Source: Bacteroidales bacterium | GTDB taxonomy: Bacteria; Bacteroidota; Bacteroidia; Bacteroidales; UBA12077 | Assembly (NCBI GenBank): GCA_028282585.1 | Contig: JANQHR010000020.1 | Location: forward strand, 55,212 to 119,211 | Reading direction: 5' to 3' | Length of the DNA: 64,000 nt | Notes under the pieces: model-generated | Told to the model about the DNA's origin: nothing | What the model saw: only the letters and a program-made list of their open reading frames with translations | Database searches by the model: none | Shown here: positions 39,459 through 47,405 of the stretch, piece by piece | Layout of the letters: every line of letters starts with the position of its first letter | Numbering within the stretch: the stretch's first letter is position 1 | Made by a program: the position numbers and the translations under genes

Positions 39459-40490
39459 ATGAAAAAGATATTTTACAGTCTTATATCTATTCTTATGGTA
39501 AGTGTAATTATAGCATGTGAAAAGGAAGATTTAACTTCCTTTGATTTAAATAGCATACCAAAAAATAAGAATGCAAGGGTTCCTGCTGAATGGGAAGCTC
39601 ATGAGGCTATCTGGATGCAATGGCCTAATGAACATGATGACGGTATGCGACCCGCTTTTGCAGAAATTATCAAAATTATTAAGCAGTATGAACCTGTACA
39701 TTTAATTGCAAACACCGAAGCAGAAAAAGCTGAGGCTATAAAGTTCTTAATTGATAATAATGTTAATGAAGATAATATCACATGGCATATATATCCTATT
39801 GACAATTGTTGGTTACGAGATAACGGGCCTATTTATGTAACAGATGGTTCAAAAACCTGGATTCAAAACTGGAAATTCGATGGTTGGGGTAGCAGTTTTG
39901 GTGGTAATATTTCATATGTTAACGATAACAAAATTCCGTCAAAAATAGCTGATTATCTAAACCTTGAAGTTCAAAATATACAAAGCTACATTCTTGAAAA
40001 AGGTAATATAGAAGTTAATGGTGCAGGCACACTTTTAATTAATTGGAGTTGTCAAAAGCATAGAAATCCTCACATTTCACAAGAAAATCAGGAAACAATT
40101 CTTAAAAATACGTTAGGTGTAACAAAAATAATATGGGCATATGGGTATTGGAAAGACGATGGAACAGTAGGACACATTGACGGAACAGCTCGATTTGTTA
40201 ATGAAAACACCATTTTTATTGCAGATTATGACTCGGATCTTGAAAATAACCTGGCTCGGGTGTGCAAAGAGGAAGGAATGGAAGTTATTATGTACCCTGG
40301 CGATCCTAACTGGCTAGTAGGCAATGGGCTTGTAGTTGCTATGGGTGATGAAGAAAACAATGAAACCTTAAAAACGCTACTTGAAACCTATTTTCCTGGT
40401 CGAAATGTTTACATGATCGACGGCACAGAAATAGCTAAAAATGGCGGTGGAATACATTGTGTAACGAACGACCAACCCGCAATTCTATAA
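39459..40490 (+). CDS. Agmatine/peptidylarginine deiminase family lipoprotein
   Basis: Lipobox VIIA/CEKED; PAEWE, WLRDNGP, GHIDG, GGGIHCVT catalytic motifs. Confidence 0.9.
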   Translation: MKKIFYSLISILMVSVIIACEKEDLTSFDLNSIPKNKNARVPAEWEAHEAIWMQWPNEHDDGMRPAFAEIIKIIKQYEPVHLIANTEAEKAEAIKFLIDNNVNEDNITWHIYPIDNCWLRDNGPIYVTDGSKTWIQNWKFDGWGSSFGGNISYVNDNKIPSKIADYLNLEVQNIQSYILEKGNIEVNGAGTLLINWSCQKHRNPHISQENQETILKNTLGVTKIIWAYGYWKDDGTVGHIDGTARFVNENTIFIADYDSDLENNLARVCKEEGMEVIMYPGDPNWLVGNGLVVAMGDEENNETLKTLLETYFPGRNVYMIDGTEIAKNGGGIHCVTNDQPAIL

Positions 40491-40500
40491 CATAATTTAC

Positions 40501-40531
40501 AAGGAACTATCAACTTGAGATAGCTCCTTTT
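40501..40531 (+). terminator. Probable terminator after the deiminase
   Basis: AAGGAACTATC...GATAGCTCCTTTT. Confidence 0.55.
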
Positions 40532-40548
40532 CACTAAAACATATAAAT

Positions 40549-40737
40549 ATGATACAAGAAATTATCTCAACAAAATCCGTAAAAAATATCAGATATTCTG
40601 ATGGAAAGGATCATTCAAATCTTGAAACAAACAACAACTTATATCCTAACCACAGATGTGTTAATTGCAACGGAACAAATATTACTATAACTAACACTAA
40701 GGACATTTGTCACGATTGTAAGTATGTTTATAGTTAA
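40549..40737 (+). CDS. Small zinc-ribbon protein (62 aa)
   Basis: C-terminal CVNC-x13-CHDC; A-rich start context. Confidence 0.6.
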   Translation: MIQEIISTKSVKNIRYSDGKDHSNLETNNNLYPNHRCVNCNGTNITITNTKDICHDCKYVYS

Positions 40738-40758
40738 CGTAAACTGTATTTTGTTAAT

Positions 40759-40929
40759 TTATTTTTGAACGTTTACCTCATCAAGCAGCATTTTATTTGA
40801 TTCAATTAGCAGTATCTCTTTTTTCTTAAATTCTTCTGAATCCGCATCAACAAATTCTTTTTCAGGATTTATCCATCGGATTAATTCACCTTCGCAGGTA
40901 TAATATTGGTTTTCGTACAGCTTGTTATA
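40759..40929 (-). pseudogene. Possible 3' gene remnant (56 codons, no start)
   Basis: Stop-free frame YNKLYENQYYTCEGELIRWINPEKEFVDADSEEFKKKEILLIESNKMLLDEVNVQK*, preceded by an in-frame TAA. Confidence 0.3.
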
Positions 40930-41082
40930 TTACAATCATATGCAGGAACTTTTTATAGCTTGCATATTTTCAAATCTATGTCTTAACTTTTTTAATTGAC
41001 TTAAAAATACTATTGAATCAAAAAAAAAATGAAAAACTTATCATAAGTTTATAGTTCTTTTTGTAAAATTGATTTGCATGTT

Positions 41083-41547
41083 ATGAAATCCAGACCCAAA
41101 AAGAAAATTAACGATAACAGTTTTCTTCTAAATGTTATTCTATATGGAATCATATTGGCTGCATTGGTTTTTATTCTAAAATATGTTGAATACCGGTATA
41201 TAGTCCGCCAGCTCAGAATGGAAGTTTACATTGCTGTAATAGCTAGTTTATTTACGTTATTGGGCATTTGGGTTGGTTTAAAATTAATTAACCGTAAAAA
41301 GAATACAGAATTATATTTTACAACTGAAATTGACAGAAACAAAATAAAAGAACTAAACATAAGCAAACGCGAATATGAATTATTGGAACTTATTTCAAAA
41401 GGTTTTTCTAACCAGGAGATAGCTGATAAACTTTTTATCTCAATCCCAACAGTAAAAACACATTTATCAAACCTGTTTTCTAAACTAGCCGTGCAACGGA
41501 GAACCCAAGCCATACACAAGGCAAAAGAGCTGAAAATAATTCATTAA
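41083..41547 (+). CDS. Membrane-anchored LuxR/GerE-type HTH transcription regulator
   Basis: Two N-terminal TM helices; ISKREYELLELISKGFSNQEIADKLFISIPTVKTHLSNLFSKL. Confidence 0.92.
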   Translation: MKSRPKKKINDNSFLLNVILYGIILAALVFILKYVEYRYIVRQLRMEVYIAVIASLFTLLGIWVGLKLINRKKNTELYFTTEIDRNKIKELNISKREYELLELISKGFSNQEIADKLFISIPTVKTHLSNLFSKLAVQRRTQAIHKAKELKIIH

Positions 41548-41554
41548 TTTTATC

Positions 41555-41597
41555 TCATTCTTTCGTATGATTTTTACAAATTAGTACTTAAGTATGA
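41555..41597 (+). promoter_or_regulatory. Two tandem 16-bp candidate operator sites (TCATAC-N4-GTATGA type)
   Basis: TCATTCTTTCGTATGA (41555-41570) and TAGTACTTAAGTATGA (41582-41597), upstream of a TTGATTTG -7-like element. Confidence 0.55.
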
Positions 41598-41652
41598 ACT
41601 TTTACCCCCTATTTTTTTGTTGATTTGTTTAGTATAACCAAAATAAATCGTA

Positions 41653-42171
41653 ATGAAAAAAATTGTTTTAACATTAGGCATAATTGCAGGTATCATTGTG
41701 TCAGCTATGCTATTTATTAGTTTTATAGGTGGTACTATAGATTTTGAAAGCGGGAAAGTAGTTGGGTACTTAACTATGATTATTGCTCTTTCAACTATTT
41801 TCTTCGGGATAAAGGCTTATAGGGATAAACATCTCAACGGAGCAATAAAATTTGGCAAGGCATTTAAAATGGGGCTTTACATAAGCCTTATTGCATCAAC
41901 CATGTATGTTATTTCGTGGTTTGTTATTATTAATACTTCAGGAAAAAACTTTATAAACGATTACCATAAGTACTCAGTTGAACAGCTCAAAAAAACTGAT
42001 CTTTCTGAAGAGGAAATCGAGTTAAAAATTCAGGAAATGAAAGATTTCCAAGAGTTGTATAAAAATCCAGTAGTTATGGCAGGTGTAACTTACCTTGAAA
42101 TATTACCTGTTGGACTAATTATTACATTATTAAGTGCAAGTATTTTAAGAAGAAAAAAAGTATCACAATAA
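41653..42171 (+). CDS. DUF4199-like membrane protein
   Basis: Four TM helices; GYLTMIIALSTIFFGIKAYRDK...GAIKFGKAFKMG...EILPVGLIITLLSA. Confidence 0.8.
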   Translation: MKKIVLTLGIIAGIIVSAMLFISFIGGTIDFESGKVVGYLTMIIALSTIFFGIKAYRDKHLNGAIKFGKAFKMGLYISLIASTMYVISWFVIINTSGKNFINDYHKYSVEQLKKTDLSEEEIELKIQEMKDFQELYKNPVVMAGVTYLEILPVGLIITLLSASILRRKKVSQ

Positions 42172-42181
42172 AAGTAAAATT

Positions 42182-42607
42182 ATGGATAACTCTACACCTA
42201 AAGTAACCGGAATTGGAGGAATATTCTTCTTTTCCAAAAATCCCAAAGAACTAAAAGAATGGTATAGCAAAAACCTGGGATTAGCTGTTAATGAATATGG
42301 CTCAAGCTTTGAATTCAGAAATGCACACCGTCCAGATGAAATCAATTACCTACAATGGAGCCCATTTGAAGAAAATAGTGATTATTTTAAACCATCGGAA
42401 AGAGAGTTTATGATCAACTACCGGGTTCAGAATATTGAAGGATTGGTTCAAAAACTAAAAGAAAACGGTGTAACCATCGTGGATGAAATTGAAGAATACG
42501 AATATGGGAAGTTTGTACACATTATGGGACCCGAAGGTACTAAAATTGAACTTTGGGAACCTATTGATCGCGTATTTACTGAAATGGGTGGTGAAACCAC
42601 TAAATAG
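42182..42607 (+). CDS. VOC/glyoxalase family protein
   Basis: KVTGIGGIFF...WY...FMINYRV...YGKFVHIMGPEGTKIELWEP. Confidence 0.9.
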   Translation: MDNSTPKVTGIGGIFFFSKNPKELKEWYSKNLGLAVNEYGSSFEFRNAHRPDEINYLQWSPFEENSDYFKPSEREFMINYRVQNIEGLVQKLKENGVTIVDEIEEYEYGKFVHIMGPEGTKIELWEPIDRVFTEMGGETTK

Positions 42608-42644
42608 CATGTAATTTAATCTGGTTATTTCTTTTTTTTCTTCA

Positions 42645-42676
42645 TTTGCAACATCAGTGCATTTGGAGTATATTTG
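42645..42676 (+). promoter_or_regulatory. Sigma70 promoter TTTG-N20-TATATTTG with overlapping candidate Fur/Zur-type operator TGCAAC-ATC-AGTGCA (42647-42661)
   Basis: Canonical Bacteroidota -33/-7 spacing; imperfect TGCAAC-N3-GTTGCA palindrome inside the promoter. Confidence 0.65.
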
Positions 42677-42681
42677 TATTT

Positions 42682-43101
42682 ATGGAGCCTGTTGATATTT
42701 TAACAAGTCGTAACCTAAAAAGAACAAGTTGCAGAGAAGGAATTATTAAAATTATAATAGCTTCCAAAAATGCTCTTTCAGAAAATGAAATTCGAGAAAA
42801 ACTAGATGGGAATTACAATAGAACTACATTTTACAGGTCGTTTAAAACGCTCGAAGAAAACAAAGTTATACACAAAATTGTTGTAAATAACCAATTGGTA
42901 AAGTATGCTCTTGATAATTCGATTACACAGAAAAAGGAACATGCGCATTTTTTTTGTAAGAAATGCAATGTAATTCAATGTTTAGATTCTGTTTTAATTA
43001 AAAAGCCTAAGTTACCAGATGGTTATAGCGTAACTGAATCAGAGTATATTATTAAAGGATTTTGTAAATTGTGTAAAGAAAACACAGATAAAGATTGGTA
43101 A
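42682..43101 (+). CDS. Fur-family (Zur-like) transcriptional repressor
   Basis: RTTFYRSFKTL, HAHFFCKKC and GFCKLC (two CxxC); start placed at ATG 42682. Confidence 0.92.
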   Translation: MEPVDILTSRNLKRTSCREGIIKIIIASKNALSENEIREKLDGNYNRTTFYRSFKTLEENKVIHKIVVNNQLVKYALDNSITQKKEHAHFFCKKCNVIQCLDSVLIKKPKLPDGYSVTESEYIIKGFCKLCKENTDKDW

Positions 43102-43487
43102 GAATAAATAAACATATAGCTTTCTCTTTACTCGGATTATTCTTATTCCCTATTATTTACCAACCCGTACATTCCAATTGGCATCATTCGGTAAAAAACT
43201 CTCAAACCAATCAAATTCATTACAACCATTCTTGTTGTTCGCATTCACAGACTTCAATGCATACTTACCCTAAAGGGTTAAGTGAAATTGGACCATTTAA
43301 TGAAAATGAAGAACAGTGCCCTGTTTGCGAATATCAAATATCAATTAATAACTTGCCATTACTTTCAAATCTTAATTATACAGTTCGGAGAATAGATATT
43401 AATTATACCGAAGTTGCAATAACTCGGTTTATTTCATCTGTTGTTTCTATAGAATCACCTCGGGCACCGCCAATTCAATTAGTATAA
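43095..43487 (+). CDS. Exported His/Cys-rich upstream ORF with C-terminal RAPP arrest motif (DUF2946/CruR-like)
   Basis: N-terminal hydrophobic segment; HSNWHH...HYNHSCCSH; CPVC; SPRAPP four residues before the stop; TTG start overlapping the fur stop. Confidence 0.8.
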   Translation: MVRINKHIAFSLLGLFLFPIIYQPVHSNWHHSVKNSQTNQIHYNHSCCSHSQTSMHTYPKGLSEIGPFNENEEQCPVCEYQISINNLPLLSNLNYTVRRIDINYTEVAITRFISSVVSIESPRAPPIQLV

Positions 43488-43534
43488 CTCCATTGCAGTT
43501 TTCTTAAGTAGTTTGTAAACTCAATTAATTAAGT

Positions 43535-45943
43535 ATGCATAAAATTACTGTGCTTTTTGTATTGGCACACATTCTGATTATATCCGGATATAGCCAGGGT
43601 AAATATATTTTATCCGGTTTGGTCGTTGATGAAAATAACCAGGCCCTGCCCGGAGCTTCCGTTCAATTAAGCTCAGGTAAAGGAACTGTTACCAATTCCG
43701 AAGGTAAATATGTGATAAATGATTTAGATAATGGAATATATGAAATAAAAGTATCATACATAGGCTATAAAACTCATTTGGATACAATTGTAATTGATGG
43801 AAATAAAGCATATAGAATCAAAATGCTTTATTCGCCATTAGATTTGCAAGAGGTTGTTGTTACAGATAACTACGTTGAGACAAGGAAAAAAGAAGAATCA
43901 TTGAATATAGAGATTGCAAACAAAAGATACCTTCAGCAAAATCTTGGTGGAAGCCTGATGAAAACAATTGAAAGGCTACCAGGAGTAAGTACTATTGATA
44001 TTGGTTCAGGGCAATCGAAGCCCGTAATCAGAGGGCTTGGATTTAATCGTATTGTTGTAGTAGAAAACGGGATCAAACACGAAGGACAACAATGGGGAGC
44101 CGACCATGGCCTGGAAATTGACCAGTTTGCTATAGATAAGCTTGAAGTTATAAAAGGACCTTCATCTCTTATACATGGATCAGATGCTTTGGGCGGAGTA
44201 ATAAACGTTAAGCAAAATTCCGTACCAATAAATAATTCTGTTGGGGGAACCATTGATTTAATTGGAAAAACTAATAATAATTTAATCGGAACTTCATTTT
44301 CTGTATATGGAAGGAAAAATTGGTTATTTGCTGATTTACGCGTAACCATGCTTGATTATGGCGACTACAAAGTACCAACTGACAGTATTGACATTTACTC
44401 ATACAAAGCCGCAATACACAATAACCAATTGCGCAATACGGCAGGTGAAGAAAAGAACCTACACTTTACAATTGGAATTATTCAGGACGATTTTCAAAGC
44501 AAGTTTTTTATAAGCAATGTATACAGTAAAAATGGTTTTTTTGCCAATGCGCATGGCTTGGAACCTCGAAATGTTGATACGGATGTTCATGATAAATCAA
44601 ACAGGGATATTCTTTTTCCTTACCATGAGGTTAATCATTTTAAAGTAATTAATCAGAGTCTATGGGAAATGGGTAAGTTTCGGTTTAAATCTGATTTAGG
44701 GTTTCAACGAAATTTCAGGCAAGAATGGAGCGAATATGTAAGCCATGGATACATGCCCCCTGTTTTTCCTGACAACCTTAAATTTAATGCAGATATTGAA
44801 CGCCAGTTTGATAAACATATTTATAACGGAAATCTTTTAATACGGTATACACATAATGAAAAAACCGCCTTCACATTCGGATTAAATGGCAGTTATCAGG
44901 ATAATGATATAAACGGTCGAGGATTTATTATTCCAGCCTTTGAACAACTGAATATGGGTGTTTTCTTACTGGCAAAATATGAGATCAACCCTATAAATGT
45001 TTTACAACTTGGAATAAGATACGATCATGGTAAGATTAAAACCGAAAGTTATAATGACTGGTTTCAATCTCCTGTTTTAATTGGCAGCGATACCACACTT
45101 GCACATTTGCAAAGGGCTTATGGTTTAAACCGTAACTATTCAAATATTTCCTGGTCTGTTGGATATAATTATAATCAGGAAAAATTATCGTTCAAAACCA
45201 ATATTGGTAGAAGTTTCCGTATACCAATTGCTAAAGAACTGGCTGCAAATGGTGTAAATTATCATAACTTTAGTTATGAAGTTGGCGATCCTGATTTATC
45301 TCCTGAAATTTCTTATCAACTTGATTTAGGACTTGAGTACCATTTAAAGAAGTTTGCCGTTGGTGCAACTCCTTTTGTAAACTATTTTACCAACTATATT
45401 TACCTTAATCCCAGTTCCGAATTCGACAGACTTTACGGAAATGGGAATCAGGTATTTTATTATACCCAAAGCGAAGTATTTAGGTATGGCGGTGAATTAC
45501 ATGCACATTATCAATTATTAAAATCAATAAAACTTGGTGTGATTGGTGAATATGTTTATTCCGAGCAGGTTTCAGGAGAGAAAAAAGGATTTACTTTACC
45601 CTTTTCTCCTCCAGCATCAGCAATTTTTAACATTAAGTATCAAAAACAACATCTAGGTTTTTTAAAAAATGTGTATTTATCCGTAGATTATAGGATAACC
45701 GCATCGCAAACCAATATTGTGCCTCCCGAAGAAACAACAGATGGTTATCAATTAATAAATATAAGCTTGGGCGGAGAAATAAGTTTAAAAAAACAAAACT
45801 TGAGCATTTCTGCACAAGTACAAAATCTTTTTAATACCAAACATTTTAGTCATACCAGCTATTACAGGCTGATAAATGTACCCGAACCGGGACGAAACTT
45901 TGTTTTAAATGTTTCTATTCCATTTTCGGGTAAAATAAATTAA
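43535..45943 (+). CDS. TonB-dependent receptor, probable metal (Zn/Ni/Co) uptake
   Basis: Signal peptide; CarboxypepD_reg-like domain (GLVVDENNQALPGASV); plug KPVIRGL...EGQQWGADHG, LEVIKGPSSL; C-term PEPGRNF. Confidence 0.93.
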   Translation: MHKITVLFVLAHILIISGYSQGKYILSGLVVDENNQALPGASVQLSSGKGTVTNSEGKYVINDLDNGIYEIKVSYIGYKTHLDTIVIDGNKAYRIKMLYSPLDLQEVVVTDNYVETRKKEESLNIEIANKRYLQQNLGGSLMKTIERLPGVSTIDIGSGQSKPVIRGLGFNRIVVVENGIKHEGQQWGADHGLEIDQFAIDKLEVIKGPSSLIHGSDALGGVINVKQNSVPINNSVGGTIDLIGKTNNNLIGTSFSVYGRKNWLFADLRVTMLDYGDYKVPTDSIDIYSYKAAIHNNQLRNTAGEEKNLHFTIGIIQDDFQSKFFISNVYSKNGFFANAHGLEPRNVDTDVHDKSNRDILFPYHEVNHFKVINQSLWEMGKFRFKSDLGFQRNFRQEWSEYVSHGYMPPVFPDNLKFNADIERQFDKHIYNGNLLIRYTHNEKTAFTFGLNGSYQDNDINGRGFIIPAFEQLNMGVFLLAKYEINPINVLQLGIRYDHGKIKTESYNDWFQSPVLIGSDTTLAHLQRAYGLNRNYSNISWSVGYNYNQEKLSFKTNIGRSFRIPIAKELAANGVNYHNFSYEVGDPDLSPEISYQLDLGLEYHLKKFAVGATPFVNYFTNYIYLNPSSEFDRLYGNGNQVFYYTQSEVFRYGGELHAHYQLLKSIKLGVIGEYVYSEQVSGEKKGFTLPFSPPASAIFNIKYQKQHLGFLKNVYLSVDYRITASQTNIVPPEETTDGYQLINISLGGEISLKKQNLSISAQVQNLFNTKHFSHTSYYRLINVPEPGRNFVLNVSIPFSGKIN

Positions 45944-45964
45944 ACATAAATTAAATATAAAATT

Positions 45965-46408
45965 ATGAAAACAAAGACCATTCAATTTTTAGCAATTGCA
46001 TTTATTGCAGGATTAATATTCATATCATGCGAAGAAGATAACGATGATAATCAAAAACCGGTGATATCTAATCTCGAAGTTGGGCATAACGATACGATTC
46101 ATGTTGGAGAAGGAATTCATTTGGATTTTGAGGTTTCTGACAATGAACACCTGGATTATTACAAAATAACGATCCATCATGAAGAGGACCATAAAAAATT
46201 CTTTTCAGAAACGGAATGGGAATTTGACAGTACGTTTACCGAAATTTCTGGTTTAAAAAACTACACGGTCCATCATCATGATATATTAGTACCGGAAAAT
46301 GCAGAATTGGGTGAATACCATTTTCATTTATCCGTTGCTGATGAAGCGGGAAACCTTGCTGAGGTAGAAAAAGAACTTGTTATGGCCGCAGAAGATGATC
46401 ATCATTAA
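45965..46408 (+). CDS. His-rich lipoprotein (DUF4625-like)
   Basis: Lipobox FIS/C; IHHEEDH, VHHHDILVP, GEYHFHLSVAD, C-terminal DDHH. Confidence 0.8.
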   Translation: MKTKTIQFLAIAFIAGLIFISCEEDNDDNQKPVISNLEVGHNDTIHVGEGIHLDFEVSDNEHLDYYKITIHHEEDHKKFFSETEWEFDSTFTEISGLKNYTVHHHDILVPENAELGEYHFHLSVADEAGNLAEVEKELVMAAEDDHH

Positions 46409-46421
46409 TAATAGTAATTAA

Positions 46422-46442
46422 TTCGGGGGATAATCCCCCGAA
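46422..46442. other. Intercistronic GC-rich hairpin
   Basis: TTCGGGGGA-TAA-TCCCCCGAA perfect 9-bp stem between the two lipoprotein genes. Confidence 0.7.
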
Positions 46443-46461
46443 AACTTATAACAAGTAAACC

Positions 46462-46950
46462 ATGAGTAATTATACAAAACTTTTTCTGTTAATTGTTTCA
46501 TTCGCTGTTATACTATCGTGTGAAGAAGATTCAAAAGATGATATGAAGCCCGCAATAGATTTATCTATCACGGATGCATTTCCGGTTAATTGTGATACCA
46601 TATATTTTGGTGAAACTTTTGTTTTAAAAGTACTATTTACTGATAATGTCGAACTAGGGGCATTTAGTTTCGATATTCATCATAATTTCGACCATCATTC
46701 GCATAGCACTGAAGTAACTGAGTGTAATACTGATCCGGATAAAGAACCTGTTAATCCATATGTTTTTATACAAGATTATGATATTCCGCAAGGATTAACA
46801 GAATATGAAACTAATATAGAAATAAATATTCCATCTGCAGAAAATAGTAATTTATTCGACGAAGGAGATTATCATTTCTTTATAAGTTTAACAGATAAGC
46901 AAGGTTGGTCAACTCAAAAAGGATTAAGCATTAAGATGCTTCATCGTTAG
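46462..46950 (+). CDS. DUF4625-like lipoprotein
   Basis: Lipobox ILS/C; DIHHNFDHHSHST, GDYHFFISLTDKQGW. Confidence 0.85.
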   Translation: MSNYTKLFLLIVSFAVILSCEEDSKDDMKPAIDLSITDAFPVNCDTIYFGETFVLKVLFTDNVELGAFSFDIHHNFDHHSHSTEVTECNTDPDKEPVNPYVFIQDYDIPQGLTEYETNIEINIPSAENSNLFDEGDYHFFISLTDKQGWSTQKGLSIKMLHR

Positions 46951-46968
46951 AAATTATAAGGAGTTATT

Positions 46969-47046
46969 AATCCCTCTAAATCTTCTTTTCGAGAAAGGGG
47001 AAGTACAAAATATTTCTCCCTTGGAGAAGGGAGATACAGAGGGATT
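46969..47046. repeat. REP-like composite palindrome
   Basis: AATCCCTCT...AGAGGGATT outer arms with internal hairpins (TCTCCCTT-GGAG-AAGGGAGA). Confidence 0.65.
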
Positions 47047-47097
47047 GATTGGTTCGTTTTAAATCCACGTCTGTACCTCTTTAGATATGGAGCTAAT

Positions 47098-47178
47098 AAC
47101 CGATGCTCATAGAAAAAAAACCTATAAGCATAAGTTTAGAAACTTATAGGCATAGAAGTTATTTTTATAAGTATCGGT
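47098..47178. repeat. Nested inverted repeat
   Basis: AACCGATGCTCATAGAAA / TTTTTATAAGTATCGGTT arms (15 of 18 match) enclosing CCTATAAG...CTTATAGG. Confidence 0.5.
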
Positions 47179-47405
47179 TTTAAGGTAACGGGTGTACGGA
47201 TAAAAAAGATATAAGTAATCCAAAAATAACATTGTTAATAATTAAAATATGAAGCATAAAGAAAACTACGACTGTAAATCCTACATATTTTATTAAAATG
47301 TTTATTTCAAAATTATTAGAAATTAAAAGATAAATTAAATTAACAATAATTAAAAATATTTCAATAACAACAGAATATGTAACTTGTAATTTGGAATATG
47401 AAACT

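Noticed and set aside
42646-42681. N-terminal extension MQHQCIWSIFVF of the Fur protein from the ORF track
   Set aside because: This stretch is the promoter/operator; ATG 42682 is the more plausible start
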